Assembly (NCBI GenBank): GCA_028702395.1
Contig: JAQVOV010000001.1
Location: 3,990-67,989, forward strand
Reading direction: 5' to 3'
Length of the DNA: 64,000 nucleotides
Source of the DNA: Candidatus Omnitrophota bacterium
GTDB lineage: Bacteria > Omnitrophota > Gorgyraeia > JABMRN01
Of this stretch, positions 20,036 through 29,587 are shown one piece after another. The position numbers were made by a program, and so were the translations under genes. Under the pieces are notes generated by a model. That model was not told the origin of the DNA, made no database searches, and worked only from the letters and a program-made list of their open reading frames with translations. Within the stretch, counting starts at the first letter, position 1. Each line of letters opens with the position of its first letter.

Positions 20036-20205
20036 GAGGTTATTGTAGGGGCGTAATGCAATACGCCCCTACAAATAAAAAAAGACTCCACAATGAAAAC
20101 AGATTTTTTATCCGCCAAAATTTTGCAAAATTTTGGCGGGATCTCGCCACTAAAAAAAAGTGGCGGACTTTTTACTTTTGCCTTTTTACTTTGGTAAAAT
20201 AAGGA
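20036..20205. repeat. Mosaic repeat: 30-bp palindrome TGTAGGGGCGTAATGCAATACGCCCCTACA plus 'ccacaatgaaaacagattttttatccgccaaaattttgcaaaattttggcgg...cgccactaaaaaaaagtggcg' module
   Basis: Perfect palindrome at 20044..20073. Near-identical module copies at 61057..61200, 62995..63120, 34145..34240, 14700..14820. Confidence 0.85.
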
Positions 20206-20212
20206 AACAAAA

Positions 20213-21502
20213 ATGAGTAATGTAAGAGTAAGATTCGCACCTTCGCCTACAGGGTTTTTACATTTAGGAAGTGCTAGAACAGCGCTTTTTAATTGGTTAT
20301 ATGCCAGACGTGTAGGAGGGACTTTTGTTTTAAGAATAGAGGATACTGATAATCAGCGTTCAAAAAAAGAGTTCCTTGATGAGATATTAAAAGATCTAAA
20401 ATGGATGGGACTTGATTGGGACGAAGGGCCTTTTTTTCAGTCAGAAAGAAGCAGCCTTTATATGCCGCATGCAGAAAAACTTTTAGAAAAAGGGCTTGCG
20501 TATAAAGATGGGGAAGCAATAATTTTCAAAGTAGCAGATGATCAGATCATAGAGGTCGAGGATCTTATACACGGAAAAATAATTTTCAATACAAAGGAGA
20601 TCAAAGATCAAGTTCTGATAAAATCAGACGGCTCTCCTGCTTATAATTTTTGTTGTGTTATTGATGACAATGATATGGGTATCACTCACATTGTACGAGG
20701 AGATGATCATTTGTCAAATACTCCAAAACAGATATTGTTCTATAAAGCCCTTGGATTCAATGTTCCTAAATTTGCACATATGCCTTTAATGATGGGAAAA
20801 GACGGCACAAAACTTTCCAAACGTCATGGAGGCGTGGCAGTTTTTGAATATAAACAGGAAGGTTTTTTGCCTGAAGCTTTAGCAAATTATCTTATGCTTT
20901 TAGGATGGATGCCAAAAGACGGAAAAGAGATACTCGCGCTAGATGAAGCTGTAAAACAATTTGATATCAGTGATATCAATAATGTGCAGGCAAAGTTTGA
21001 TGTAGATAAACTTAAATGGATAAATGGGGAGTATATACGACAAAAAAAAGCAGAAGAATTGAGAGCGCCTATTATGCAGAAAATGGAAGAAGAAGGGTAT
21101 AGAAAAGAAAATATTGACAAAGAGTATCTTTTAAGGATAATAGAGCTTTACAAGGAAAGGTTCAGGACTTTTTCAGAGTTTTTAACACTTACAACATGTT
21201 TCTTTAAAGATGATTATGTGATGGATGAAAAGGCTTTTCAGAAGAACCTTTCTAAAGAAGAATCGAAAAAGTGTTTGGCAGAATTTGCAAAAGCATTAAA
21301 AGAAGTTAAAGAATTCACTTCTAAAAATATAGAAGAGTGCTGTCGAGAGCTTTCCGAAAGAACAGAGATCAAAGCAGCACAATTTATTCATCCTACGAGA
21401 ACAGCTGTAAGTGGAATGCTAGGGGGAGCAGGGCTTTTTGAAATGATGGAGGTTTTAGGCAAAGACAAAGTTATCGCAAGGATGGAGAAGTGGAGTATTT
21501 AG
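20213..21502 (+). CDS. gltX: Glutamyl-tRNA synthetase (catalytic core; short C-terminus)
   Basis: HIGH-type motif (PSPTGFLHLGSARTA) and KMSKS-like (KLSKRHG). Confidence 0.85.
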   Translation: MSNVRVRFAPSPTGFLHLGSARTALFNWLYARRVGGTFVLRIEDTDNQRSKKEFLDEILKDLKWMGLDWDEGPFFQSERSSLYMPHAEKLLEKGLAYKDGEAIIFKVADDQIIEVEDLIHGKIIFNTKEIKDQVLIKSDGSPAYNFCCVIDDNDMGITHIVRGDDHLSNTPKQILFYKALGFNVPKFAHMPLMMGKDGTKLSKRHGGVAVFEYKQEGFLPEALANYLMLLGWMPKDGKEILALDEAVKQFDISDINNVQAKFDVDKLKWINGEYIRQKKAEELRAPIMQKMEEEGYRKENIDKEYLLRIIELYKERFRTFSEFLTLTTCFFKDDYVMDEKAFQKNLSKEESKKCLAEFAKALKEVKEFTSKNIEECCRELSERTEIKAAQFIHPTRTAVSGMLGGAGLFEMMEVLGKDKVIARMEKWSI

Positions 21503-21520
21503 AGAAGACGGATAGCACTC

Positions 21521-22045
21521 TTAAGATAAAAGAATAAAGATAAAAGATAAAAGGGTGGAATGTCCTGAGAGAAGTTTTGTAGGGGCGTATTGCAATACGC
21601 CCCTACTATCCAAAGTTTTCAGGAAGATCCTTAATCTCGTAGCCCGCTGCGCGTGGCGCGAAGCAGGTTTCCAATGAAGCTTTTGTAAATGAAAAAGACG
21701 TTCGAAGAAGAGAAAAGTATTTCAAGACAACTAAAGGAAAAAGAACGTTACGGTTAATGTTAAAAGAGACCTTAGAGAAGACGAATATCTCTCTCTTAAG
21801 ATAAAAGAATAAAGATAAAAGATAAAAGGGTGGAACGTCCCGAGAGAAGTTTTGTAGGGGCGTATTGCAATACGCCCCTACTATCCAAAGATTTCAGGAA
21901 GATCCTTAATCTCGTAGCCCGCTGCGCGTGGCGCGAAGCAGGTTTCCAATGAAGCTTTTGTAAATGAAAAAGACGTTCGAAGAAGAGAAAAGTATTTCAA
22001 GACAACTAAAGGAAAAAGAACGTTACGGTTAATGTTAAAAGAGAC
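21521..22045. repeat. Tandem duplication of a ~275-bp composite repeat unit (K-module + 30-bp palindrome + GC arm + ~100-bp tail)
   Basis: Two near-identical copies, 21521..21772 and 21797..22044, each containing gtaggggcgtattgcaatacgcccctac. Confidence 0.85.
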
Positions 22046-22149
22046 TATGTGTCGTGGGTAATGTGCCATGAGGTAGCTGTGGAAAACTAAACAGTAAAGA
22101 TTTCCATAAAAGACACAAGACGCAGTACACATAACACAATAACACATTC

Positions 22150-22223
22150 TGCCCGATGGTGTAATGGTAGCACAGGTGATTCTGGTTCATCTAGTCTAGG
22201 TTCGAGTCCTAGTTGGGCAACCA
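22150..22223 (+). tRNA. tRNA-Gln (anticodon CTG), ends CCA
   Basis: Acceptor stem TGCCCGA/TTGGGCA (one G-U). D-arm TGTAATGGTAGCACA. Anticodon stem GGTGA/TCATC with loop TTCTGGT. T-arm CTAGG-TTCGAGT-CCTAG. Discriminator A followed by CCA. Confidence 0.7.
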
Positions 22224-22227
22224 AATG

Positions 22228-22260
22228 AAAAACCCCCTTAAATAGGGGGTTTTTCATTTG
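22228..22260 (+). terminator. Rho-independent terminator after tRNA-Gln
   Basis: aaaaaccccc-ttaaata-gggggttttt hairpin. Confidence 0.7.
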
Positions 22261-22382
22261 GTTGCTGAGGAAAAATTCGACAAACGGGAGGATTGAAGAA
22301 CTTTCAAAGCGCTTTCAAATAAAAGTAAAAAGATATCTTTTTACTTGATAAAGTTAAAATATAAAGTAAAATTATAAACATA

Positions 22383-22631
22383 ATGACAAGAAAAAATAAA
22401 AAATATTTTAGACCTAAAGTGAAGTGTATACCATTATCTCAAGAGCAAGCTACTTTACAAGTCTGTCGTATTGGAGGAGCTTATTTTGGTTTTACAGATG
22501 CATTTCCAAGCTGGTGTTTTGGTGTTGGCACAACTCAACCAAGAGTATATGAGTGCGATGTAACGGTTAAAGGGCAATCTTTTGCTACTGATAGGGGGAA
22601 TCCAAATTCAGCGGATACGCAGCCTTCCTAA
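22383..22631 (+). CDS. Small Cys-containing peptide, paralog P2 (leader-peptide precursor-like)
   Basis: ...KVKCIPLSQEQATLQVCRIGGAYF... matches the family consensus. WC and EC core Cys, VTVKGQ motif, C-terminus ...QPS. Lies ~160 bp downstream of tRNA-Gln. Confidence 0.5.
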   Translation: MTRKNKKYFRPKVKCIPLSQEQATLQVCRIGGAYFGFTDAFPSWCFGVGTTQPRVYECDVTVKGQSFATDRGNPNSADTQPS

Positions 22632-22676
22632 AAAAAGCCTTCTATTTCATAAGTCACTTTACAAAATAGCTGTTTA

Positions 22677-23990
22677 TTATTTAGGAATAACTTTTGTTTT
22701 ATCCAGAAAATCAGCAAAAAGAGCTGCTTTTACTAAGGCACCTGCTTCATTTACATGTCTTCCATCACTCCAAAGATCAGGTTTTTTCGGCATTATTTTT
22801 TCAAAATCAAAAACAGGGATATTCTTCATCTTCCCAACAGCTTTTACAACATCATTGTTTTGTTTTATAGCTTCTTTATAATGGTCAAAACTCATATAAT
22901 CGGCAAAATATGGAGAATAGGCCCAAGTAGATAATATGGTTATTATGCCGTATTCTCTGTCTATTGCTATCATATTGCGTAAATTATGCTCAAAGTATTT
23001 TGGATAATTCCTTTTTGCTATTTCCAGGAAATGATCTTTGTAGCGATTGCTCCAATAATTACTGTAAGCAGCAATAGCATATGGAGATTGTATCAGGCTT
23101 TCTTGGTTTACTTGTTTAGAGAATCCTAAACGTCTTGAGAGAGTACGCAAAAAAGTGCTTTGTTCCCACCATTTAGGTTTTGGATATTCCCATTGCTTTC
23201 TTCGTCCGGAATTATCTAAAGAATAATTATTTGGGTTTACAAATCTAGCATGTGCATCATTTACCCCGTGGTATATAATTACCATATCAGGAGATAGGTC
23301 CAATACTCTAAATTCCAGGTTGATCAAAGATTCCCAAGAATTATATCCCGGGACCCCTGCATTTATTACTTGTACATTGGCGTAACCATATTTCTTTTTT
23401 AGTATTTGTTCTAAAAGATATGGAAATGTCTTTGTATCATCTTTTACTTGTTCCGTGTAAACAGTAGAACCCCCTAGAATAGCAATTCTAAAAACACCTT
23501 CTGGTTTTTTTATGGAAAACTCTTCCCCCCTATATCCTAAAGAGTTATGGGAAGTTAACCCGTTTTTATAGTTCGGAGATGGATAATAATTCAAGTAATG
23601 ATGAGGCTGCCATCTTAACATGTTTTTAGGGATTTCTTGTATAAGCGCGTAGTTTTTGTAGGTGTCTTCACTAGCCAATGCGTATAACCAAATTCTACAT
23701 AAGAGCTCAAGAATGGCCAACAATGAAAATATGCCTATAGCCATAGCATAGATATTTTTGTTAGATGGACGGATAATAAGTAAAAAAACACTGCCGATAA
23801 GTAATGATATTTGAAAGATCAATAAGGATGAATTGGCTGAAAAAAAAGGAATAGGCGATAAAGGGGCTACTCCAATATGGAAAAACAATTTGTTGAGAAA
23901 TATGCCGTAAAAAAATAGAATAATAGATATTGGTAAAAAGACAAATTTTTCTTTAGTAATGAATTTTTTTATAAAAGGTAACATAAGCAA
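22677..23990 (-). CDS. Membrane-anchored SGNH/GDSL-family hydrolase (polysaccharide/peptidoglycan O-acyl modification-type)
   Basis: Four or five N-terminal TM helices. GGSTVY (GDS-like) block, GVNDAH block. Confidence 0.5.
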   Translation of the reverse strand: MLMLPFIKKFITKEKFVFLPISIILFFYGIFLNKLFFHIGVAPLSPIPFFSANSSLLIFQISLLIGSVFLLIIRPSNKNIYAMAIGIFSLLAILELLCRIWLYALASEDTYKNYALIQEIPKNMLRWQPHHYLNYYPSPNYKNGLTSHNSLGYRGEEFSIKKPEGVFRIAILGGSTVYTEQVKDDTKTFPYLLEQILKKKYGYANVQVINAGVPGYNSWESLINLEFRVLDLSPDMVIIYHGVNDAHARFVNPNNYSLDNSGRRKQWEYPKPKWWEQSTFLRTLSRRLGFSKQVNQESLIQSPYAIAAYSNYWSNRYKDHFLEIAKRNYPKYFEHNLRNMIAIDREYGIITILSTWAYSPYFADYMSFDHYKEAIKQNNDVVKAVGKMKNIPVFDFEKIMPKKPDLWSDGRHVNEAGALVKAALFADFLDKTKVIPK

Positions 23991-24455
23991 AATATTATAA
24001 AGGAGAGGGTCTAATTTGTAAACAAAGAAATTTAAAACACGGAAAAATGTTTGACTGGTTGGTAATTGGCAAAGCGCATATTGCTAATCGCCAATCGCAA
24101 ATTGCCTATCGTAAAGCCTGAAAAAAAATAGCCACGAGCTCCGAGCTGCGTGCCGCGAGCTAGAGGAAAGGGTCTAAATGAGGTTTTACGATTTGCGCCT
24201 TGCGATTAGCGCTTTGCCAATCACCAATCTTTTTGGGCGGTCGGGACGACCGCCCCTACAAAACATCGTTCATGACGTTTTTTTAGCTCGTCGCTCGCGG
24301 CGCGTAGCTCGTAGCACAAATCCAGTTTTCCACAGCAGACACAGTACTCATGACACAATGACTCATTACTCAGTACCCCTGACAGGTTCTTTATTTGCTT
24401 ATTGTATACCAATATGCTATAATTAGCAGATAATACAAAAGGTATTAACTATTTT

Positions 24456-25331
24456 ATGAAAAAATATTATAAAAGTTTGTTTATAGGATGTTTTTTAGCA
24501 GTTTTTTTTCTGTTATCCTATTGTTTTTCTCAGGAAGATAACACCACAGAATTGCCAGAAGAAAGAGAAGCAACAGTTTTTAGCGTAACAGGAGATGCTA
24601 AAGTTGTTCCTATGGGAAGTTCTATAGGTGTGCAATGTAAACAAGGAATGACAATAAAAGAAGGAGACTGGATAAAAACAGGACCTGGAGGATTTGTCAC
24701 TCTTGCCTTTGATGATAAGGCGGAGAATGTCATTAAGGTGCAAGAGAACAGCTTGGTCATAATGAAGATGGATGGTTATTTTAAAATACAGCTTTTAGAA
24801 GGAAAAATGAACGCTATACTGGAAAACGTTGAAAAAGGAGAGGTTTTCAGGGCTTTAACACCGTCAGTTGTCACTGAGGCTACAAATAGCGGATGGGTTG
24901 TCAGTAGTGAAGGTAATTATACGACAGTTGTTGTTGCAGATGGCGAAGCATATGTCTGCGGTCTGAATAAAGATGGAAGTGTGAAAAAAGATAAATTTAA
25001 AATAGAAGAAGGATTCGGAAGAACAACAAAATTGTATGAAAACCCTGGTGAAATGGTCAAAACCCCTGAAAGTGTTCTTCAATGGTTCCAGGATCAGGTA
25101 GTTGAACATCATTTGGATAAAGTTATCTCAAAAAAAGCAGCAGAACAAAAAACGGAAACACCTGATGTCAAAAAAACCGAAGAAGACCAAAAAAAGCAAA
25201 CAGTTAAGAGTTTCAGCACAACAGCAGCTCTTAAAGGAAAAAATGTGGCAATTATTGATGGACAGGAAGTTGATCTTTTAGAATATTTATATAAAACCAG
25301 GTTGGCAAAAGACGAAGAAAATACAGAATAA
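24456..25331 (+). CDS. Secreted FecR-domain-like protein with Lys/Glu-rich C-terminus
   Basis: Signal peptide. The beta-rich region VFSVTGDAKVV...GDWIKTGPGGFVTL resembles the FecR fold. Confidence 0.4.
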   Translation: MKKYYKSLFIGCFLAVFFLLSYCFSQEDNTTELPEEREATVFSVTGDAKVVPMGSSIGVQCKQGMTIKEGDWIKTGPGGFVTLAFDDKAENVIKVQENSLVIMKMDGYFKIQLLEGKMNAILENVEKGEVFRALTPSVVTEATNSGWVVSSEGNYTTVVVADGEAYVCGLNKDGSVKKDKFKIEEGFGRTTKLYENPGEMVKTPESVLQWFQDQVVEHHLDKVISKKAAEQKTETPDVKKTEEDQKKQTVKSFSTTAALKGKNVAIIDGQEVDLLEYLYKTRLAKDEENTE

Positions 25332-25341
25332 GGAAGGTATT

Positions 25342-26727
25342 ATGTCCAGAAAAAGCATTAAAGTAAAACTTTTTTTTATAACGATAAGCATTTTAGTTGT
25401 AGCTGTAATTTTGACAGCTAGTATTAATATCCTCAGGTTTAAAGCTATGTATATAGAGGCATTGCTCGAACGTGCAAGAGCTGATGCCAATGATATGAAA
25501 CAAGGTATTTCCCAAGGATTGAACTATTTTTCGTTGAACAATTTTTCTGACATGACAACTTTTTTAAAGAAGCATCTCAATGAAAAATTCAACTATGCTT
25601 TTGTTGCAGATAATGATAACAAAATACTTTATCATACAGATCCTGCACAAAAAGAAAAACAGTTACAAAAAATCATCTATAAAGATGTTGTTTTTGATGA
25701 TAAAACAAATAGCCATATTGTTTCAACAGGAGAATTTTATGAGACAGTTTTACCATTAATAAAGGATTTCACGGTTGTGGGAACTGTTCACATCGGCATA
25801 GAAAAGAAAATAGTGGATGATAAAGTCAAAGAAATGATATTTCAGACAGTATTGATACTAGGTTTTTTTATTTTTCTGGCAGTCTTGATAATGTACTTAT
25901 TTTTAAAGAGGAATATCACAGATCCAATAGGGAGATTGGAAAGAAAGACCATTAATATCAGTAAAAGCCTGAACTTACCTGTATATGATGAAAAAAGAAA
26001 AGGTGATGAAATTGAGGAGTTCTCTAATTCTTTCGATAAAATGACAGAAGAAATAGAGGCAAAGACTTTAGCATTGGAAGAGGATATAGAAAGAAGAAAA
26101 ATAGTAGAACAAAAACTAAAAGAAAGTTATGAAGAACTTGAAGTAGCTTTTGAAGGAAGCATAAAGGCTATTGCAACAGCTGTTGAAAGCAGAGATCCAT
26201 ATACAGCAGGGCATCAGCAAGGGGTTGCAAGTCTTGCAGTTGCTATAGCAAAAAAAATGGGGTTTAAAGAAAAACATATCAGACAGATATATTTTGCGGC
26301 AATGAGCCATGATATAGGTAAAATAGGGGTGCCAATATCAATATTAACAAAGAAAGAAAAGCTTACAGATGAAGATTTTGCGATCATAAAAAAACATCCG
26401 CAAACAGGATATGAGATCTTGGCAAAAGTGGATTTTCATTGGCCTTTAGCAGAGATCGTAAGACAGCATCACGAAAGGATCAACGGCAAAGGATATCCTC
26501 AAGGGTTAACAGGAGATCAGATGCTTCTAGAGGCAAAAATAATTGCAGTAGCAGATGTCATGGAAGCTATTTCAAAAGCCCGGCCATATAGGGAAGCGCT
26601 GGGAAATGATGTGGCTTTGGCAGAAATAAAAAAATTCCGTGGAGAACAGTTTGACCCGGATGTTGTTGATGCGTGTGTAGAGCTTTTTGAAAAAGAGAAC
26701 TTTGAATTTGATAACAGGAAAAAATAA
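25342..26727 (+). CDS. Membrane sensor HD-GYP phosphodiesterase (c-di-GMP)
   Basis: TM-periplasmic-TM-HAMP-like N-terminus. HD (HDIGKIGVP) and GYP (HHERINGKGYPQGL) motifs. Confidence 0.8.
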   Translation: MSRKSIKVKLFFITISILVVAVILTASINILRFKAMYIEALLERARADANDMKQGISQGLNYFSLNNFSDMTTFLKKHLNEKFNYAFVADNDNKILYHTDPAQKEKQLQKIIYKDVVFDDKTNSHIVSTGEFYETVLPLIKDFTVVGTVHIGIEKKIVDDKVKEMIFQTVLILGFFIFLAVLIMYLFLKRNITDPIGRLERKTINISKSLNLPVYDEKRKGDEIEEFSNSFDKMTEEIEAKTLALEEDIERRKIVEQKLKESYEELEVAFEGSIKAIATAVESRDPYTAGHQQGVASLAVAIAKKMGFKEKHIRQIYFAAMSHDIGKIGVPISILTKKEKLTDEDFAIIKKHPQTGYEILAKVDFHWPLAEIVRQHHERINGKGYPQGLTGDQMLLEAKIIAVADVMEAISKARPYREALGNDVALAEIKKFRGEQFDPDVVDACVELFEKENFEFDNRKK

Positions 26728-26749
26728 GGATATTGGTATTACAATAATC

Positions 26750-27259
26750 ATGGAAAAAAAGTTTTGTATTCAATGCGGTTTGCAGCTGCAGAAAAAAGCG
26801 ATCGATGGACGTGAACGGTTCTTTTGTTCAAAATGTTCTTGGATATTCTATAAAAATCCTTTGCCGGTTGCAGTAGCTATTTGTTACAATGAAGAGGGGC
26901 AATTGCTTATCATACAAAGAGGCATTGAACCTAATAAAGGAAAATGGTCTTTGCCTGGAGGGTTTCTTGAACAAGGAGAAACCCCTGAACAGGGATGTTT
27001 GCGAGAGTTGTACGAGGAAACTGGTGTTAGCGGACATATCAGATCTAATATAGGCACAGGATATTCTCAAAGCGAATTATATGGTTCTATAATATTTCTT
27101 TATTATTCTGTTATGGCAAAAGACATTAACATTGTTATTTCAAATGAAGTTATGCAGGCAGAATTTGTTCATAGAACTGATATAAAAAGGATACATTCTG
27201 ATATGCATAAAAAATTCATCAGCATTTTCTATGATACAGAGTTAAAGGGGAGAGAGTGA
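26750..27259 (+). CDS. NUDIX hydrolase with N-terminal zinc ribbon
   Basis: CIQCG...CSKCS zinc ribbon. NUDIX box GGFLEQGETPEQGCLRELYEETGV. Confidence 0.7.
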   Translation: MEKKFCIQCGLQLQKKAIDGRERFFCSKCSWIFYKNPLPVAVAICYNEEGQLLIIQRGIEPNKGKWSLPGGFLEQGETPEQGCLRELYEETGVSGHIRSNIGTGYSQSELYGSIIFLYYSVMAKDINIVISNEVMQAEFVHRTDIKRIHSDMHKKFISIFYDTELKGRE

Positions 27260-28476
27260 AAAAGCCTGAACTTTTGGCTCCTGCAGGGGATTGGAGCAGT
27301 TTAAAAACAGCTATTCAATATGGTGCAGATGCAGTATATTTTGGCATAAAGCAGATGAACATGCGCTATAACGCAGACAATTTTGAATATTTAGAGCTTC
27401 CTAAAATAATGAAACTTTTGCATGAAAATAACATAAAAGGCTATCTTGCATTAAACGTTATCTTTTATGACGACGAACTGAATAAAATAAGAAAAATAAT
27501 TGAAAAAGCTAAAAGTTCAGGAGTTGATGCTGTTATTTTATGGGATATGGCTGCTTTAAAAATAGCAAAAGAGTATGATCTTGATATTCACATATCAACA
27601 CAAGCGAGTGTTGCAAATATTGAAGCAGTGAAAATGTATTGGCAAATTGGTGCAAAAAGAATAGTGCTTGCCAGAGAATGTTCATTAAGCAGTATTAAAA
27701 ATATCGTTCAACAAATGAAAAAGGAAAAAATAAACTGCCAAATAGAGACATTTGTTCATGGAGCAATGTGCGTAAGCTTGTCAGGCAGATGTTTTTTATC
27801 GCACGATGCTTTTAATTTATCGGCCAACAGAGGTCAATGTATACAGCCATGTAGAAGGGAATATTTAATAACCGATATACAAGAAGAGGATAAGAAATAT
27901 ATTATTGGACAAGATTATGTTATGAGCGCAAAAGATCTATGTACGATCGATTTTATAGATAAGATCATAAAAACAGGGATACATTCTTTTAAGATAGAAG
28001 GCAGGATGCGTCCTCCGGAATATGTGAGAGAAGTTGTCAGGTCATATAGAGAAGCTATTGATGCTTTTTTTGATAATAGCTTAGATAAAGATAAAAAGGA
28101 AAAAATAAAACAACGCTTGGCAAAAGCGTATAACAGAGGTTTTACAGATGGGTTTTATTTTGAAAAGCCTAAAGATATCGGAGCAAGAATAGGAACAAGC
28201 AAAAATGAAAAAATATTTTCAGGAGAAGTGAAAAAGTATTATAATAGAATAGGAGTTGCAGAGGTCAAGATAAAGAACTGCAGTATAAAACAAGGAGATG
28301 ATCTCCTTTTTTACGGGAAAAATACTCCGGCTGATATTGTGAAAGCGGATGAGATGCAAATGGAGCACAAAAAAATAAAAAAAGCAGAAAAAGGTGATCT
28401 TGTTGCGATAAAAGTTCCGTTTAAAGTTAGGCGAAATGATAAAGTTTTTTTGTACAATTTAAAAAAAGAAGGTTAA
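27256..28476 (+). CDS. Peptidase U32 family protein
   Basis: MKKPELLAPAGD...ADAVYFG N-terminus and conserved Cys cluster typical of U32. Confidence 0.8.
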   Translation: MKKPELLAPAGDWSSLKTAIQYGADAVYFGIKQMNMRYNADNFEYLELPKIMKLLHENNIKGYLALNVIFYDDELNKIRKIIEKAKSSGVDAVILWDMAALKIAKEYDLDIHISTQASVANIEAVKMYWQIGAKRIVLARECSLSSIKNIVQQMKKEKINCQIETFVHGAMCVSLSGRCFLSHDAFNLSANRGQCIQPCRREYLITDIQEEDKKYIIGQDYVMSAKDLCTIDFIDKIIKTGIHSFKIEGRMRPPEYVREVVRSYREAIDAFFDNSLDKDKKEKIKQRLAKAYNRGFTDGFYFEKPKDIGARIGTSKNEKIFSGEVKKYYNRIGVAEVKIKNCSIKQGDDLLFYGKNTPADIVKADEMQMEHKKIKKAEKGDLVAIKVPFKVRRNDKVFLYNLKKEG

Positions 28477-29399
28477 TGATGGATGATAAAGAGGTTTTCA
28501 GGAATATTATTGATAAAAATCCAGATGCTATTTTAATGGTAAATAAAAAAGGAATAGTCAGTTTTGTCAATCCTGAAGCAGAGCGGATGTTTGGAAGGAC
28601 AACTGAAGAGTTCATAGGTAATTTTTTTGGATACCCTTTAGAAGTAGGCAAAACCGGAGAGATAAGTATATTAAGTTCTATGAAAGGATTGCGTACAGCA
28701 GAAATGCAGGTTGTAGAGCTTATGTGGCATCACGAAGATTTTTATTTGGTCACTCTGCGTGATATTACAGGACATAATATAGTTAAAAAACAGCTTGAAA
28801 AAAGCACAGAAAAACTTAAAACTATTTTTAGACAAACAGTAAAAGCACTTGTGTCAGCTGCAGAAAAACGGGATCCTTATACAGCAGGGCATCAGCAAAA
28901 GGTAGCAAAACTCGCATGTACAATAGCAGATCGAATGGACCTGCCTGAAAACCAGAAAGAGGCTGTTGGTATTTCCAGTATTTTGCACGATATTGGAAAG
29001 ATATATGTGCCGGATGCTATTTTAAATAAAATAGGAGGCCTTAGCGATGCTGATTTTGATGCAATTAAAACGCACCCTCAATTCAGTTATGATATTGTCA
29101 AGGAAATAGATTTCCCATGGCCTATTGCAAATATTGTAATACAGCATCATGAAAGATTGGATGGTTCAGGCTATCCTATGAGTTTACGTGATGAAAATAT
29201 TTTGTTGGAAGCTAAGATCATAGGCGTTGCAGATGTTGTTGAAGCAATGTCAGCAGATAGACCATATAGAGTTTCTTTGGGAATAGATAAAGCTCTGGAA
29301 GAGATCGTGAATAACAAGAACAAATTATATGACCCTATAGTAGTGGATATTTGCGTTAAGCTTTTTATGCACGAGAACTTTTCGTTTACGCAAAATTAA
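28476..29399 (+). CDS. PAS-domain HD-GYP phosphodiesterase
   Basis: N-terminal PAS. HD (HDIGKIYVP) and GYP (HHERLDGSGYPMSL) motifs. Confidence 0.75.
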   Translation: MMDDKEVFRNIIDKNPDAILMVNKKGIVSFVNPEAERMFGRTTEEFIGNFFGYPLEVGKTGEISILSSMKGLRTAEMQVVELMWHHEDFYLVTLRDITGHNIVKKQLEKSTEKLKTIFRQTVKALVSAAEKRDPYTAGHQQKVAKLACTIADRMDLPENQKEAVGISSILHDIGKIYVPDAILNKIGGLSDADFDAIKTHPQFSYDIVKEIDFPWPIANIVIQHHERLDGSGYPMSLRDENILLEAKIIGVADVVEAMSADRPYRVSLGIDKALEEIVNNKNKLYDPIVVDICVKLFMHENFSFTQN

Positions 29400-29558
29400 A
29401 ATCATTTTAGGTTAATTAAGAGTTAAGGTGCTTGGGAGGAAATTAAAATCTGGGACAGACACCATTTTCTCCGGAGTTATAGAACGAGAAAAAAGTGTCA
29501 GTCCCGATTTTAATTTCCCCTTGCATATAAATATATATTATGTTAATATCTTTTTATT

Positions 29559-29585
29559 AGCCCTTATTCGAATAGGGGTTTTTTC
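29559..29585 (+). terminator. Leader terminator/attenuator hairpin upstream of gcvT
   Basis: cccttattcgaatagggg + TTTTTT immediately before the gcvT start. Sits in a ~190-nt structured leader. Confidence 0.5.
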
Positions 29586-29587
29586 AT

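Noticed and set aside
21689-21757. 22-codon mini-ORF (MKKTFEEEKSISRQLKEKERYG) inside the duplicated 275-bp unit as a gene
   Set aside because: No RBS. It is embedded in a repeat and has no recognisable family. Likely fortuitous.
29400-29560. Canonical glycine riboswitch upstream of gcvT
   Set aside because: Individual motifs (GGACAG, CTCCGGAG, CACC) are present. But their order does not match the glycine aptamer consensus (CUCUGGAGAG...CACCGAAGG...CAGGACAG). Kept only as an unspecified structured leader.
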